A DNA stretch of 64,000 nt, from NCBI GenBank assembly GCA_964016885.1, contig OZ024741.1:294562001-294626000 (forward strand), in the 5' to 3' direction. Source of the stretch: Eledone cirrhosa (taxonomy: Eukaryota). The notes beneath the pieces were generated by a model. It saw only the letters and a program-made list of their open reading frames with translations, had not been told where the DNA came from and searched no databases. Positions within the stretch are counted from its first letter, which is position 1; each line of letters begins with the position of its first letter. The position numbers and the translations under genes were made by a program. This document shows positions 51,025 through 63,069 of the stretch, in pieces.

Positions 51025-51490
51025 TCTTCAGCCACTTATTCCTGAGAGGGTCGTGGAGGTAAAGTCCTGAATCACTCCTGCCAGCAGGTCCTGTCAGAAG
51101 CAACTGTCTTCAACTGATCCGGCTGAATCCCCAAGCGAGACCAGCCAAGCTCATGGATGTTATCCAACCATCTTGCTTGAGGTCAACCCCTGGGTCTCCT
51201 GCTAGTTGGTTTTGCCCATAAAATCTATCCAGCAATTCTTTTCTGAGACGTTCTAACCACATGCTAATAATATTGGAGCTGTGATCTCTCAATTTGGAAA
51301 GTAGCAACTCTATCTGGGGTGACTCTTTGATCTCTGAGCTATGCACTCTATCAAATAACGTTACTTCAAAGACTCTTGTATTCGCGATCATATAACCCGA
51401 GATTCATGACCATATAGGTAAGGGTGGCACAAATACTAAATTGTAGATAGTGAGTTTGGCGTTTATGCTTACCTCCCTTCTTCTGATTAC
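51025..51490 (-). mobile_element. Old RTE-like LINE 3' remnant
   Basis: IYNLVFVPPLPIWS (IY....P.L.Y) and downstream motifs; homologous to 44810-45255. Confidence 0.7.
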
Positions 51491-51542
51491 TGAATACATA
51501 CATACATAAATATTTATATATATATATATATATATATATAGT

Positions 51543-51726
51543 GAGGGAAAAGTGGTAAGGAACCAGGTGGACCATAACGCACCAAAGTACTCAATACTTA
51601 GGGTAGTAGAGTGGGTAATAGGAGTAAGTAAGACCCCGACGGCTGAGCTCAAGCCGTTTCGACGGCTAATTCTGTCAAGCCGTCGAAACGGCTTGAGCTC
51701 AGCCGTCGGGGTCTTACTTACTCCTA
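51543..51726 (-). mobile_element. Penelope-like P1 remnant with a 49-bp perfect half-hammerhead palindrome
   Basis: 51619-51667 is the exact reverse complement of 51678-51726. Confidence 0.75.
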
Positions 51727-52519
51727 TATATATATATATATATATAAATACATATATATGTATATAAAGACACACACATATATATATGTATATATATATA
51801 TATATAATGTGTGTGTGTGTGTGTCAGTTTTGTGTTTGCATGTTATATTAAAAAGAGAACTGTCCTGCTCAAGTTTGATCTTTTTAATTGAAGGTTTTCT
51901 ATCTGGCTTTTTTAGTTTTTTTTTATGTTTGGTTTTGAACAATATCTTTGCTGCTAAAAAAAAACATTAATAAAATGAAAATAAATAAAGCTTGAACACA
52001 ATAATATGTTTGAAGAAGAATCTTTTCTTTATGCACACACATATATATAGAGAGAGAGAGGATGTCTGGAATTTGCTGTCAAAATACCAAGGGCTCAACT
52101 GTTGAGCTCCGACTCTCTATTACATATATAGAGAGATAGATGGACTGATATTTTTTTAGAATTTTATTTGTTTATCTCATTCGGCTGCGGCTCTTCTTGG
52201 ACATCTCCTTCATTTATTCAATAACCTTGACCTCTTGTACTTATAATATTGATATCGTTATGTTACATGTCTTGCAGACACACATTCAACTATTCACTGA
52301 CACACTTACACATCGTAAAGGGTAGATATATTTGGTACTATGTGATGATCTGACCCAATGCTTCTGCTCCACATTGCCCAGTATAGCGAGAGATAGGAAG
52401 CTGAGGATGTCAACCAAGACGGGGTTCCTCCAACAGGAATGAGAAGGCCCTAGATTTGGATTTGGATGTGCTAATGAAACATCATTAACTTCACAGTACT
52501 GACACTGCTGCTCTAGCAG

Positions 52520-52830
52520 CAAGTTTTCAAGTGTTGTGTTACCTATTATATATATGTATCATGCCACATCTCCAGAAGGAGTCATAGGGGTGCTGCATTG
52601 ACATATGACATATCTAAGGCATTTTAAAACCTAGCGATGACCATCCCTCTCCAGGCCTGAATACAGCAAATTTCTTCTAGAGAAGAATAGAGAGTGAGAA
52701 AATGGAAGTGAGAAAGAGGTATAGAAGAGGAATCGACCCCAGTACTAGACTGGTACTTTTTTACCGACTCTGAATGCATGGAAGGCTAAGTTGACCTCAA
52801 TGGGTTTTGAACTAAAGGAGCAGAGAACTG
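52520..52830 (-). mobile_element. SINE variant A2 (long tail)
   Basis: Homologous to 39470-39800. Confidence 0.65.
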
Positions 52831-53099
52831 GAACAAACACAGCAATGCATCATTACCTATTAACAACTGATAAACAGTCTTTTGGTATAGTTAATATTTT
52901 ACTTATACATTCAACATGGTGCCAGTGACAATATATGGTTCCCCAACAGTTCAATTAACTGTGTGCTACCTTACAAACATTTTCCACTTTACCATATACC
53001 TAAGATTAATTAATTGACACTAGTGGTACTTGAATTCAGAAGTAAAACCCACAAATCTAAGTACATTTAGATCTCTGCTTTGTTACCTTCATTCACACA

Positions 53100-53283
53100 A
53101 CATGCTTTGTGACATATAGTTGCGTCCCTTTACATTTTGAGTTCAAATCCTTCCAAAGTTAGCTTTGCCTTTTATCCTTACGGGTTCGATAAAATAAAGT
53201 ATCAGTAACACACTGGAGTCAATTTAATTGACTTTCCCTCTCCCAAAATTATTGGCCTTGGTCCTAAATCAGAAACCATTATT
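53100..53283 (+). mobile_element. SINE family A, long variant
   Basis: GAGTTCAAATCC..GCCTTTTATCCTTACGGGTTCGATAAAATAAAG..GGCCTTGGTCCTAAATCAGAAACCATT. Confidence 0.85.
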
Positions 53284-55769
53284 TCACAAGCTCAATTATT
53301 TCATCACTGTGATTTCTAATTACTATACTATACATTTTAACATCTATTCTATTGTCTCTACTGTTCTATTAATTCTGTTGTTTTATCAGTGAGAATGTAG
53401 ATCAGAATGGAGAAAGTCCTCAACATGATGAGATGAACACATAACATTGTTTTGGTTGTCAGTTGTAACTATTTCACTTTACTTTGCTTGCTGATACTCT
53501 TCATAAATATCTGAACAAAACAGAGTATCTTTTCCATTTAAACAAAGATTGATGAAGTACAATTAATCGTGACTTGAAGTAGGGAAACATCTAAAAAAGG
53601 GGAAAAGAAGTTATCAGACAAAAACTCTATTCAAACTCTGTTTCTAACTTCTGCTTTTTGTCTCACTTTCTTTCATCGTGATGAAAAGAGGCAAAGATGA
53701 GCTTAAGAATCACCTTCAATAGACTACCTACATGTTATGTCTCTTTGAAAGTGACCAAGTATTTCTTTTGAATTTTAAGATTAAAGGTAGTATATTTGCT
53801 TGTCACAAAATGCCAAATAAAAATGTATATTACATCATAAACCAACACTTTTTCTTTTAAGATGTCAGACAGACAGAGAAATGTAGATATCAACTAAGAA
53901 AAATATTTTCTTCAGAAATGATATGTAAGCAGGATTTGTTATAAAAAGGTTAACATTTTGCAGTCTACTAAACAAATGTATCCTGAAACTATTTGTAAGG
54001 TCAGTTGTCGTTTTCAGGGTGGATATATGCTTTTCTCCACAAAGACATTTAACTATAACTGGCTCAGTCTATCTGGATGTAAATAGGCACATACAACAAA
54101 AATAAATATGCATAAATATGTAAGAACTAGAGTTAGTTTTTAAAATTATTGTAAGTTATTCAGAGAAGAAGGAGCAGTGCCCCTGCCTCCATAATATTTA
54201 TAAGCCTTCATGATGATCTTTCAGTAAGAGAAACAGTGTTAAATTTTCCTTTATATAAGGCACTTATACCATAGATAAACTTCAACTGTTACTTGGTTAA
54301 ATATTCCATTTGGATCAAATCTCCAGTCTGAAGCCAACTACTCACCTACATTAGAGGCTCTAAAACTGGTTATGGGTGTTGCTCTTCCTCCACTGATGAG
54401 GCCATAAAAAAGGGTAACTTTCAAAGGAAAATGAGTAAGTACCTGTTCTCTAACAGTTAAGTTCACTGAGGTATATATATCTATTAATAGAGGTTTTCAA
54501 CTGAAGAAATAGGAAATGAAGTTTCATACTTTATCAATATATTCAAAAATGTAACCTATGCTGAGAGAGATCCTTTTCCTAAACTTTTAGTTCATTGAAA
54601 CATTATGATACAAAGAAGATACTTCAGTTATTTATACTCACTATCATCATCATCATCGCTTTACATTTGATTTCTGTGCTGGCATGTGTTGAATGAGTCA
54701 TCATGGTCCGTCTCAATTCCTATTTGGAGTTATAACGTTTCTAAATGGTTATGAGGACCATGTTCTGACACATTTCATTTTCAACATGGTTTCTAGAGCT
54801 GGATGCCCATTCAAATACCAATCATTTTACTGAATGCACTGGATGCATTTTAACACAGATGACTAAAGGGTCTTCTTGATTCTATACTGTATTTGAACAT
54901 TATCACTCTATAGAGAGTGTTGGTGTATTTTATCATGATGCTAGCACAAATGAGGTTGGTTTGAATCTTGCTAGACTAAAGATTACTCACAACTAATTTA
55001 AAGCTATAATACCAGAATGATACAAGATATTTAAGTTATTTGAATTATAACAATGTAGATGGGAATAGATAAAGTGTCATTATTTCAATCAGGAAACACA
55101 ACTAGGTTATAAATGTGAGCCTATCTGATCATACATCTTGCTATAAATAGCATCTAGATTTCCCTAAACGTATACTTTAATATAGCTCTGGTTATATTAT
55201 GTCTGGGTGAGAAGAGACAGGGTGGGTTAGAGCTGGAATACTTTTGGCCATTGGTCTGCTGACTCAGACTATGTTTAATACACATGAAATACACAATAAA
55301 CTTTGAAAACATCTTTTTTTAATTTGTAAGAATTTAACCATTATTCAACTCGTGTTTGAAGCATAACAAAATTACTTTACATAAAATTGTGATGGAAGGT
55401 TTTTTAGAGAAACAAGAACACATAAAAATAACAAGCTACATATCATAGAACAAAGGTCAGTTTTGGGAAGTTTGGTATCAGAGGGATTAAACAACAGCAA
55501 CATCAATATCAACAATAAAAACAACATCAACTACAATAATAAAAACAACAACAATAAAAAGAACAATAATAAAAACAATAAACATACAAACAAGAAGAAC
55601 AAGAAGGATGTTGAAATAATTCAGTGGAAGATTACTTCAAAATTTACCATACTCACCTTTTCTTTCTTGAGATAAGAGACTGCATAAGTCTCTAAGATAT
55701 AATTTTCTTGTTATAAACAAATTTTATAAAACAAAATCAATATTTTACTTTCTAGAAAACATATTTTAT

Positions 55770-56862
55770 GCTTTTCTATCTTTCTCTTCGCTCTTTCCTT
55801 CTTTTTACCTTTCTTTCTTTCTATACTTCATTCTTTGCTTCTTCTCCTCTTCCTTTCTGCCTTTCTTTCCTTCTTAACTTCATTCTTTCCTCCTTCTTCT
55901 TCTTCTTCTTCTTCTTCTTCTTCTTCTTCTTCTTCTTCTTCTCATCTTTCTTTCTGCCTTTCTTTCCTTCATTCTTTCCTTCTTCTTCTTCACATCTTTC
56001 TTTCCTTCTATCCTTCATTATTTTACCAATAATACACTGGGATAATTGCTGGCCTTGTGCCAGAAGTAGAAACATTTATTTCCTTCTCATCTTTCTTTCC
56101 TTCTATCCTTCATTATTTCCTTCTTTCATCCTTACGGGGTCGATAAAATAAAGTACCAGTAATGCACTGGATAATTGCTGGCCTTGTGCCTAAAGTAGAA
56201 ACAATTATTTCCTTCTCAGATTTCTTTTTTCCTTTCTTCCCTTCAATCCTTCATCATTTCCTTCTCTTCTATCTTTCTTCCTTTCTTCCCTTCTATCCTT
56301 CATTATTTCCTCCTCCGTGGATTGGCAGTATCGGTAGAGGGTCGGACGCCATGCTTTGACGCAAAGAGTTACGGCCCTTTCCATTCTGAGTTCAAATCCC
56401 GCCGAGGTTAACTTTGCCTTTCATCCTTACGGGGTCGATAAAATAAAGTACCAGTAATACACTGGGTAATTGCTGGCCTTGTGCCAAAAATAGAAACAAT
56501 TATTTCCTCCTCAGTAAGGTGGTGGATTGGCAGTATCAGTAGAGGGTCGGACGCCATGCTTTGCAGCAAAGAGTTACGTCCCTTTATGGTCTGAGTTCAA
56601 ATCCCGCCGAGGTTAACTTTGCCTTTCATCTTTACGGGGTCGATAAAATAAAGCACCAGTAATACACTGGAATAATTGCTGGCCTTGCGCCAAATGTAGA
56701 AACAATTATTTCCTTCTCATCTTTCTTTCTTCCTTCCTTTCTTTTCTTCATTCTTTACTTCTTCCACTTTCTTTCTTTCTTCCTTTTTTCCCTTCTTTCC
56801 ATCCTGCCTTCTTCTTCCATTCCTTCTTTTATTCTTCTTCTTGCTTCATTTTCTTTTCTTTC
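55770..56862 (+). repeat. Polypyrimidine tract with four interleaved SINE family A copies or fragments
   Basis: SINE pieces at about 56025-56075, 56125-56210, 56316-56505 and 56517-56710, between duplicated CTTCTATCCTTCATTATTT units. Confidence 0.85.
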
Positions 56863-57084
56863 AAAATTTACAATGACAGGATATTTCTTTTATCTTATTC
56901 TAAATTACCAAAACACAACACCATCTGTGTTAAAGGAGATACCACTGTCAAAGATATCAGCTTATGTTATAGAATTTTAAAGTAATTTCTATTTTCTGCT
57001 ATAAAATAGACATTATTTTATATCTTAAGCTGTTTAGTGCGTAAACAATGTTTGAGCTGCGTATGCCAAAAATGATACTTGATT

Positions 57085-57157
<73 letters not shown>

Positions 57158-57697
57158 CATAACAGAGAAAAGATATATATATATAGAGAGAGAGATACAT
57201 ACATAACAGAGAAAAGATATATACATATATATATATATAGATACATACATAACAGAGAAAAGATATATACATATATGTATATATATTTCTTTATCTTCAT
57301 CTGCATATTCCTGAGAGGGTTGTGGCGGCAGCGTCCTCAAACATGCCTTTCAGAGGGTCCTTTCAGAGGGTCCTTCCAGAAGTGGCCATCCACAGATGAG
57401 ACTGACTAAGCCAGAGACTACCTTCTCTAAAAGGCTCCTAACACCCCACGCTGAATTTCATCCTCCCCAGAGGCCTTGCTATACTTGAGTGATGATTTAC
57501 TCTAGTTGCCTCAGCCTCTAGTCCCTAGAGGCACTTCATGTATATTAGATATTGTGACAGGATTTAGGAGATCAGCAAAGTATTCTCTCCTCCCTGTGAG
57601 GATGCACCTCACTTCAAAGAGAAGAACTTCAGATGAGTTCCTGAGAGCAGGTACAGAAGGGGACGTCTTATTACAAGACAATAGATGATGTATATAA

Positions 57698-57767
<70 letters not shown>

Positions 57768-58397
57768 TATAGTAAAGAGTTTGTTATAGAAGGCATTAGC
57801 AATGCAAATAATGAGGATACTGAAATGTTAACTTAGAAATATCTAATCGGTAGTGGTGGTGGTGGTGGGGTGGTGGTGGTGGGGTGGTGGTGGTGGTGGG
57901 GTAGGAATGATATATATGAAGATGATGATGATAATAAAGATGATGGTGATGGCTCCTGACCCCCATCCTAAAAAAAAGAAAATAATATAGACAACAAACA
58001 AAAAAGACCATCAAATAAGACTCAGATATTTTAAGACCACCACCAAACTATTTACACGAAAAACATTAAGAAAGAAAGACAAAAAAAATGATGCTTTTTC
58101 TGATTATTGTTTTATTTTTTGCTTGCCTTTTAATAATTTCTGTTGTTTCTTAGTTTGTGTTATTTTTGGTGGGTTGAGCAGTGTTTCCTTTCCTAGTCTG
58201 TTGGTGTGGTTGTTGTGTTGTTATTGTTGCTGTTGTTTGTTGTTGCTGCTGCAGCTGATTTTGCTGCATTTATTGTTGTTTAATTCTTGTTGTAATTGTT
58301 ATTTTGTTTTATATTTATATAAGTATGCAGGGCGAGAAATAAAATTCTAATTTTATTTATATATATACATATATATATATACACATATATATATATA

Positions 58398-61300
58398 TCA
58401 TCATCATCATCATCAACGTTTAACGTCCGTGTTCCACGCTTGCATGGGTTTGGACGGGGGTAGTCCCACTCGAGGCAAGAGTGATTGTCTTGCTCGCATA
58501 GGACTGTCTGGCAGGTTTTCTACAGTTGGATGCCCTTCCTAACACCAACCACATTTACAGTGTGGGTCTGGGAGGTTTTTACCGTGTTGCCTACACGGCC
58601 ACATTACAGCGTGGACTGTGTGTTTTTTTGTCGTGACACTTACACGATCTCATTTGTTCCGGCCTGGATGGTGTGGCACCAACATAACTTTACATAGAAC
58701 GGGGTGGTGTGGATGGGGTGGGGGTGGTGTGACGGGGGGGGGGGGGGTATTTTGTTAGAGATGCCTACTGGCTGTAGTAGGTTTTACTATGTATTTAGGT
58801 AAGGCGGGCCTTCTCTGTTACTGAGTACCGCCAAAGGTCTCGGTCCAGTGACATTGTCTTGGTGAGGTGTAAGTGTGTGAGGTCGGAGTTTATCAGCTCG
58901 TCCCAGGTTTTTCTAGGTCTGCCTATTCCGTGGCTACCATCTATCTTTATTGCCCTGCACTTTGTTATACAGCTATCGACTTTCATGCGCATCACGTGTC
59001 CATACCAACGTAGCCTTCTCTCGAGTAAACAACATCTGATCCCTCTTATTTCTAATTTTTTCCTTAGTTCGTTTATGCTTTGCCGTTCACGTATATTACT
59101 GTTACACATCCAGCGGAGCATGCAAGCTTCGTTCCTCTCTAGTCTGCGTATATCCTCTGCACACAACGCCCAGGTCTCACTGCCATGCAACATTGCTGTT
59201 CGTATGCAGGCATCGTACAACCTGCCTTTCATTTTTAGGGAGAACCCTTTAGCAGCTAATAGTGGTATAAGCTCTCTGAACTTTTTCCAACCAGTTCTGA
59301 CTCTAGCTACTGTACTTTCAGAGCACCCTCCCCCACTGCTGATTTTATCACCCAGGTAACGGAAACTGTCCACTATTTCTATAGAACCCTCTGCGCAATT
59401 GAAAGAGCTAGTATTTTGTGGGCACTTGCTGCTACTTATTGCACCAGAGCACAGGCCACATGTAAAATCTATGTTCTTAGTTAGCTTACCTGTGATCCCA
59501 CTACATCTTTTATGCACCCATACTTTGTATTTAGGACACAAAATGGAGTTTCTACCTATGCCTTTCCTACACACCGAGCACGACCATTTCCCAGAAGGGA
59601 CCGCCGCCTTATTTTCTTTCCTACAAACTAGAACTTTAGTCTTAGCCAGGTTAATTTTAAGGCCTTTTGATTCTAGGCCGTGCTTCCATGTTTGGAATTT
59701 CTTCTCTAGCTCGGCCATTGATTCCGCTATGAGGGTCAGGTCGTCTGCGTATAGGAGTTCCCATGGGCAGCCGGTCTTGAACTCCTCTGTTATAGCCTGA
59801 AGGGCAATAATAAATAGTAGGGGGCTGAGAACAGAGCCCTGATGGATGCCAACTTTTACGCTAAACTCTTCACTATATTCGTTGTTAATTCTAACCTTGC
59901 TGACTGTTTCTTTATACATGGCTTGTATAGCTCTCACAAGCCATTCGTCAATGCCTAGTTTTCTAAGCGCCCACCAGATAATGGAGCAGGGGACTCTGTC
60001 GAAGGCTTTCTCCAAGTCGACAAAAGCTAAGTAGAGGGGTTTACCTTTAGCTAGGTACTTCTCCTGTAGTTGTCGTACAATGAAAAGAGCGTCTGTGGTA
60101 CTTTTGCCTGACACAAACCCGAACTGCATTTCATCTAGGTCAATTCTCTCTCTGATTAGTTGCGCTATTACTTTTTCCGTGACCTTCATGACCTGGTCGA
60201 TTAATTTAATGCCTCTATAGTTACTCCTATCTAGGGCGTCTCCTTTACCCTTATAACAGTTAACGATGATGCTGCTATGCCAGTCCTTCGGAACAACCCC
60301 ATTCTGTACAACTTGGTTAACTATGCGGGTGACCATGGTGTGTCCCACCGTGCCAGATGCCTTCAGCATCTCAGCAACTATTTCCGAAGGCCCAGCCGCC
60401 TTACCCGTCTTCATATCCTTGATTGCCTTACTTATTATACTCCCCTCGACTAACACTGCTGGTCCCTCTATTGGGTCGATATGGGGGAGACTGTCTTTCT
60501 CCCATTTATTCTCCTCATTTAGTAGCCTTTCATAGTGACACTTCCAAGCTACCTTCTTATCAGCGTTGGTGATGGCAAGTGTGCCATCGTCGTTTAGTAC
60601 ACACTTCTCCCCGACAATATCACGGTTTTCCTTGACGCATTGCCTAGCAATCCTGAACACCTCACGTTTTTGGTCATCGCGTTGTAGAACATGCTTGAAC
60701 TTTCTTTCCTCAGCTTCCCTTCTTGCTAAGTACACTTGTCTCCTAGCTTCCCTCCTGGCCACTTGATAGTCTTCTCTACTTCCCCCATCCCGCCATACTT
60801 TCCAAGCCTGCTTTTTGGCCTTAATTGACCCCTCCACCTTACTGTTCCACCACCATGTTACGCTCCTCCTGCCTACAGGCCTGCTCCAGCCACAGACTTC
60901 GTCTGTCGCCAACAGCAGGTTTGCTTTCAGAAATTCCCACTCTCCCTCTATATTGTCCGACTCTAAATGTTCTTCCTTACTGTCGAAAGCATCAAGTAAT
61001 ATGCTTTGAAATTTATTCCTGGCTGTGGGGTCCTTTAGCTTCCATATTTTTCTCCTGAGGATAGTCCTCTTCTGCTGTCGAGTACGTCTCGTCCTGACTA
61101 TGAGGTCGCTAATTATCAGTCTATGTTGGGAGGTGCATTCTTCATGGGGGAGGGATTTAGTGTTTACAACAGACACTCTGTCACGTCTTCTGGTAAGGAT
61201 ATAATCTACCTGGCTTGTGTGTTCCCCGGATCTATAGGTGATCAGGTGATTGTCACGTTTTTTGAAGTTAGTGTTACAGATAGTTAGGTTATTTGCATCA

Positions 61301-61946
61301 CAGAATTCCAGGATTCTGGAGCCTTCCTCATTTCTAGTACCAAACCCATAGCCTCCATGGATTTCGTCGTAGCCGTCACAATGTTCTCCAACGTGACCAT
61401 TTAGGTCGCCTGCAATAATTATATAGTCACTGTCGGATATTTGGGAGGTAGTTAGCATCAGTGTCTCATAGAATCTGTCTTTTATAGTGCCGGGCAGTCC
61501 GGATTGTGGTGCGTACGCAGATATTACTGTCACCGTAGTTCTATTGAGGACAAGTCGTATTTTAATTATTCTGTTGTTCACTCTATTTACGTCTATAATC
61601 TCATCTGCCCACTTTTCTGCTACCATGATTCCTACTCCACCCAGCCCATCGTCGTTTCCCACCCAGAAAAGCTTATAACATCGTTTTTTACCCTCAATGA
61701 ATCTAGCAGACCCACCCCTCCACCTGGTCTCTTGAATACAACAAACATCGACCTCCTTACGTTCAAGCATTTCTACAACCTCGTTAGCGCGACCCTTTAG
61801 AGTGCCTACATTTATGGTACCAACTCTGAAGTTTTGGATTGCGTTTGGGGGTTGGGGGCGGTGGGGGGCGGGGGGTCGATGGGGTTATGTTAGCCGTCTG
61901 CGGTCGAAACAATGAGGAGTGCTCGCATTCTCGTCCAGGAGGTGAA
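58398..61946 (-). mobile_element. RTE-clade LINE subfamily 1, near full length
   Basis: Single long ORF, about 400-nt 3' UTR, (TGA)n tail, both ends joined to (TA)n. Confidence 0.97.
58795..61884 (-). CDS. RTE polyprotein: APE endonuclease, reverse transcriptase and inserted PHD-like finger
   Basis: Open frame from 61884 (upstream TAA at 61885-61887); FRVGTINV, IQETRW, AYAPQ, GDLNG, VDYIL, SQH, NYRGIKL, QGSVLSP, YADD, GRPRKTW; first ATG at 61770 gives 991 aa. Confidence 0.95.
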   Translation of the reverse strand, partial: PHRPPAPHRPQPPNAIQNFRVGTINVGTLKGRANEVVEMLERKEVDVCCIQETRWRGGSARFIEGKKRCYKLFWVGNDDGLGGVGIMVAEKWADEIIDVNRVNNRIIKIRLVLNRTTVTVISAYAPQSGLPGTIKDRFYETLMLTTSQISDSDYIIIAGDLNGHVGEHCDGYDEIHGGYGFGTRNEEGSRILEFCDANNLTICNTNFKKRDNHLITYRSGEHTSQVDYILTRRRDRVSVVNTKSLPHEECTSQHRLIISDLIVRTRRTRQQKRTILRRKIWKLKDPTARNKFQSILLDAFDSKEEHLESDNIEGEWEFLKANLLLATDEVCGWSRPVGRRSVTWWWNSKVEGSIKAKKQAWKVWRDGGSREDYQVARREARRQVYLARREAEERKFKHVLQRDDQKREVFRIARQCVKENRDIVGEKCVLNDDGTLAITNADKKVAWKCHYERLLNEENKWEKDSLPHIDPIEGPAVLVEGSIISKAIKDMKTGKAAGPSEIVAEMLKASGTVGHTMVTRIVNQVVQNGVVPKDWHSSIIVNCYKGKGDALDRSNYRGIKLIDQVMKVTEKVIAQLIRERIDLDEMQFGFVSGKSTTDALFIVRQLQEKYLAKGKPLYLAFVDLEKAFDRVPCSIIWWALRKLGIDEWLVRAIQAMYKETVSKVRINNEYSEEFSVKVGIHQGSVLSPLLFIIALQAITEEFKTGCPWELLYADDLTLIAESMAELEKKFQTWKHGLESKGLKINLAKTKVLVCRKENKAAVPSGKWSCSVCRKGIGRNSILCPKYKVWVHKRCSGITGKLTKNIDFTCGLCSGAISSSKCPQNTSSFNCAEGSIEIVDSFRYLGDKISSGGGCSESTVARVRTGWKKFRELIPLLAAKGFSLKMKGRLYDACIRTAMLHGSETWALCAEDIRRLERNEACMLRWMCNSNIRERQSINELRKKLEIRGIRCCLLERRLRWYGHVMRMKVDSCITKCRAIKIDGSHGIGRPRKTWDELINSDLTHLHLTKTMSLDRDLWRYSVTEKARLT

Positions 61947-62280
61947 TTATATATATATATGACCTTTTAATATCTATAATTCATTGACCATGGCTTGGTC
62001 ATTTTGGGGGACATGCATTCTCTACATTGTATATTGATTAAGTGAACAAAATAAAATACCCAATCGGGAATATTTGGTTAAAGGCAAACAGTATTTGCTC
62101 TATTAATATTTATTATATTTACTTGTATGTTCATCATTATCAACAATATCATCTCTTTTACTTGACCAGAACAAATATAACAAAATATTTTGGTTTGAAA
62201 ACATCAGTTTAACTGTGTTTTTACCAATGTTTATATCTTGCACTGATATGATCAAAGCTACACATACATACACGCACTTA

Positions 62281-62497
62281 CCATATATACTTGAATATAA
62301 GCCGGGGAATATGTAACCAAAAATTCGATGATAGAAGAGGTTGGGGGTGGCTCATATTCAAGGTCAATATTTTGACTATTTTCACCAACTTGTAAATTCT
62401 ACATAAATAAGGTTTGGATTTTTGCCCATTTCTCAGACAGAAAATAGTGGAGTTATATTCAAGTTTATAATAGAAGGCTTATATTCAAGTATACACA
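62281..62497. mobile_element. pogo/Tigger-like MITE
   Basis: TATACTTGAATATAAGCC ... GGCTTATATTCAAGTATA terminal inverted repeats with internal partial repeats. Confidence 0.65.
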
Positions 62498-63069
62498 TTA
62501 TATATCATCATCATTATTATCATTTTTATGTTTGCTTTTTCTATTCTTGCATGGCTTCGATGTGACTTTTGAAGCTGTTCTTATATTGCTGAATGCCTTT
62601 CCTGAGGCCATCTCTTATTCTTTACTATACTATATACTACTGGCCTTCAATGGACAGAAAAAGATGTGGGCAGAATGTTATGTTTATACAAGACAAAAAA
62701 ATTCACCAATGTCTTTAAATGGTTTCAATATGAACATGTGGAGACAAGCACACTCACACACATGCATACACACAGACACGTCTCACACACACATAGAGAG
62801 AGAGAGAGAGAAGGGTCACCTTTTCATGGAACACATTCAGCTTTCTGTCAGTTTTTGCTGTACTCTTCCAGATCTAACTGGTACAAACCTCTATATAGAG
62901 AATGATGATGTTGTATAGGCACAGTTTGACATTTGTGTCAATAATTGATGTTGACTACACCCATCACATTTGCTAGAGCACTGTAGCTGCCATTCTCATT
63001 CTACTGTTGTTTCCATTGTTGCTTAGAACACTCCCCAGGTTGGCTTATTTAGCTCTTTTGGTTTGCTGT

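Noticed and set aside
52085-52120. Hairpin GGGCTCAAC-T-GTTGAGCTC
   Set aside because: No hammerhead core on either strand; isolated hairpin.
54385-54445. CTGATGAGGCC motif
   Set aside because: No stem II closure or stem III.
55640-55760. Possible minus-strand host exon (AAG|GTGAGT donor at about 55657)
   Set aside because: The longer acceptor choice has stops in all frames and the short one gives no recognisable peptide; needs RNA-seq.
58859-61800. Plus-strand ORFs antisense to the RTE copies
   Set aside because: Shadow ORFs of the real minus-strand reading frame.
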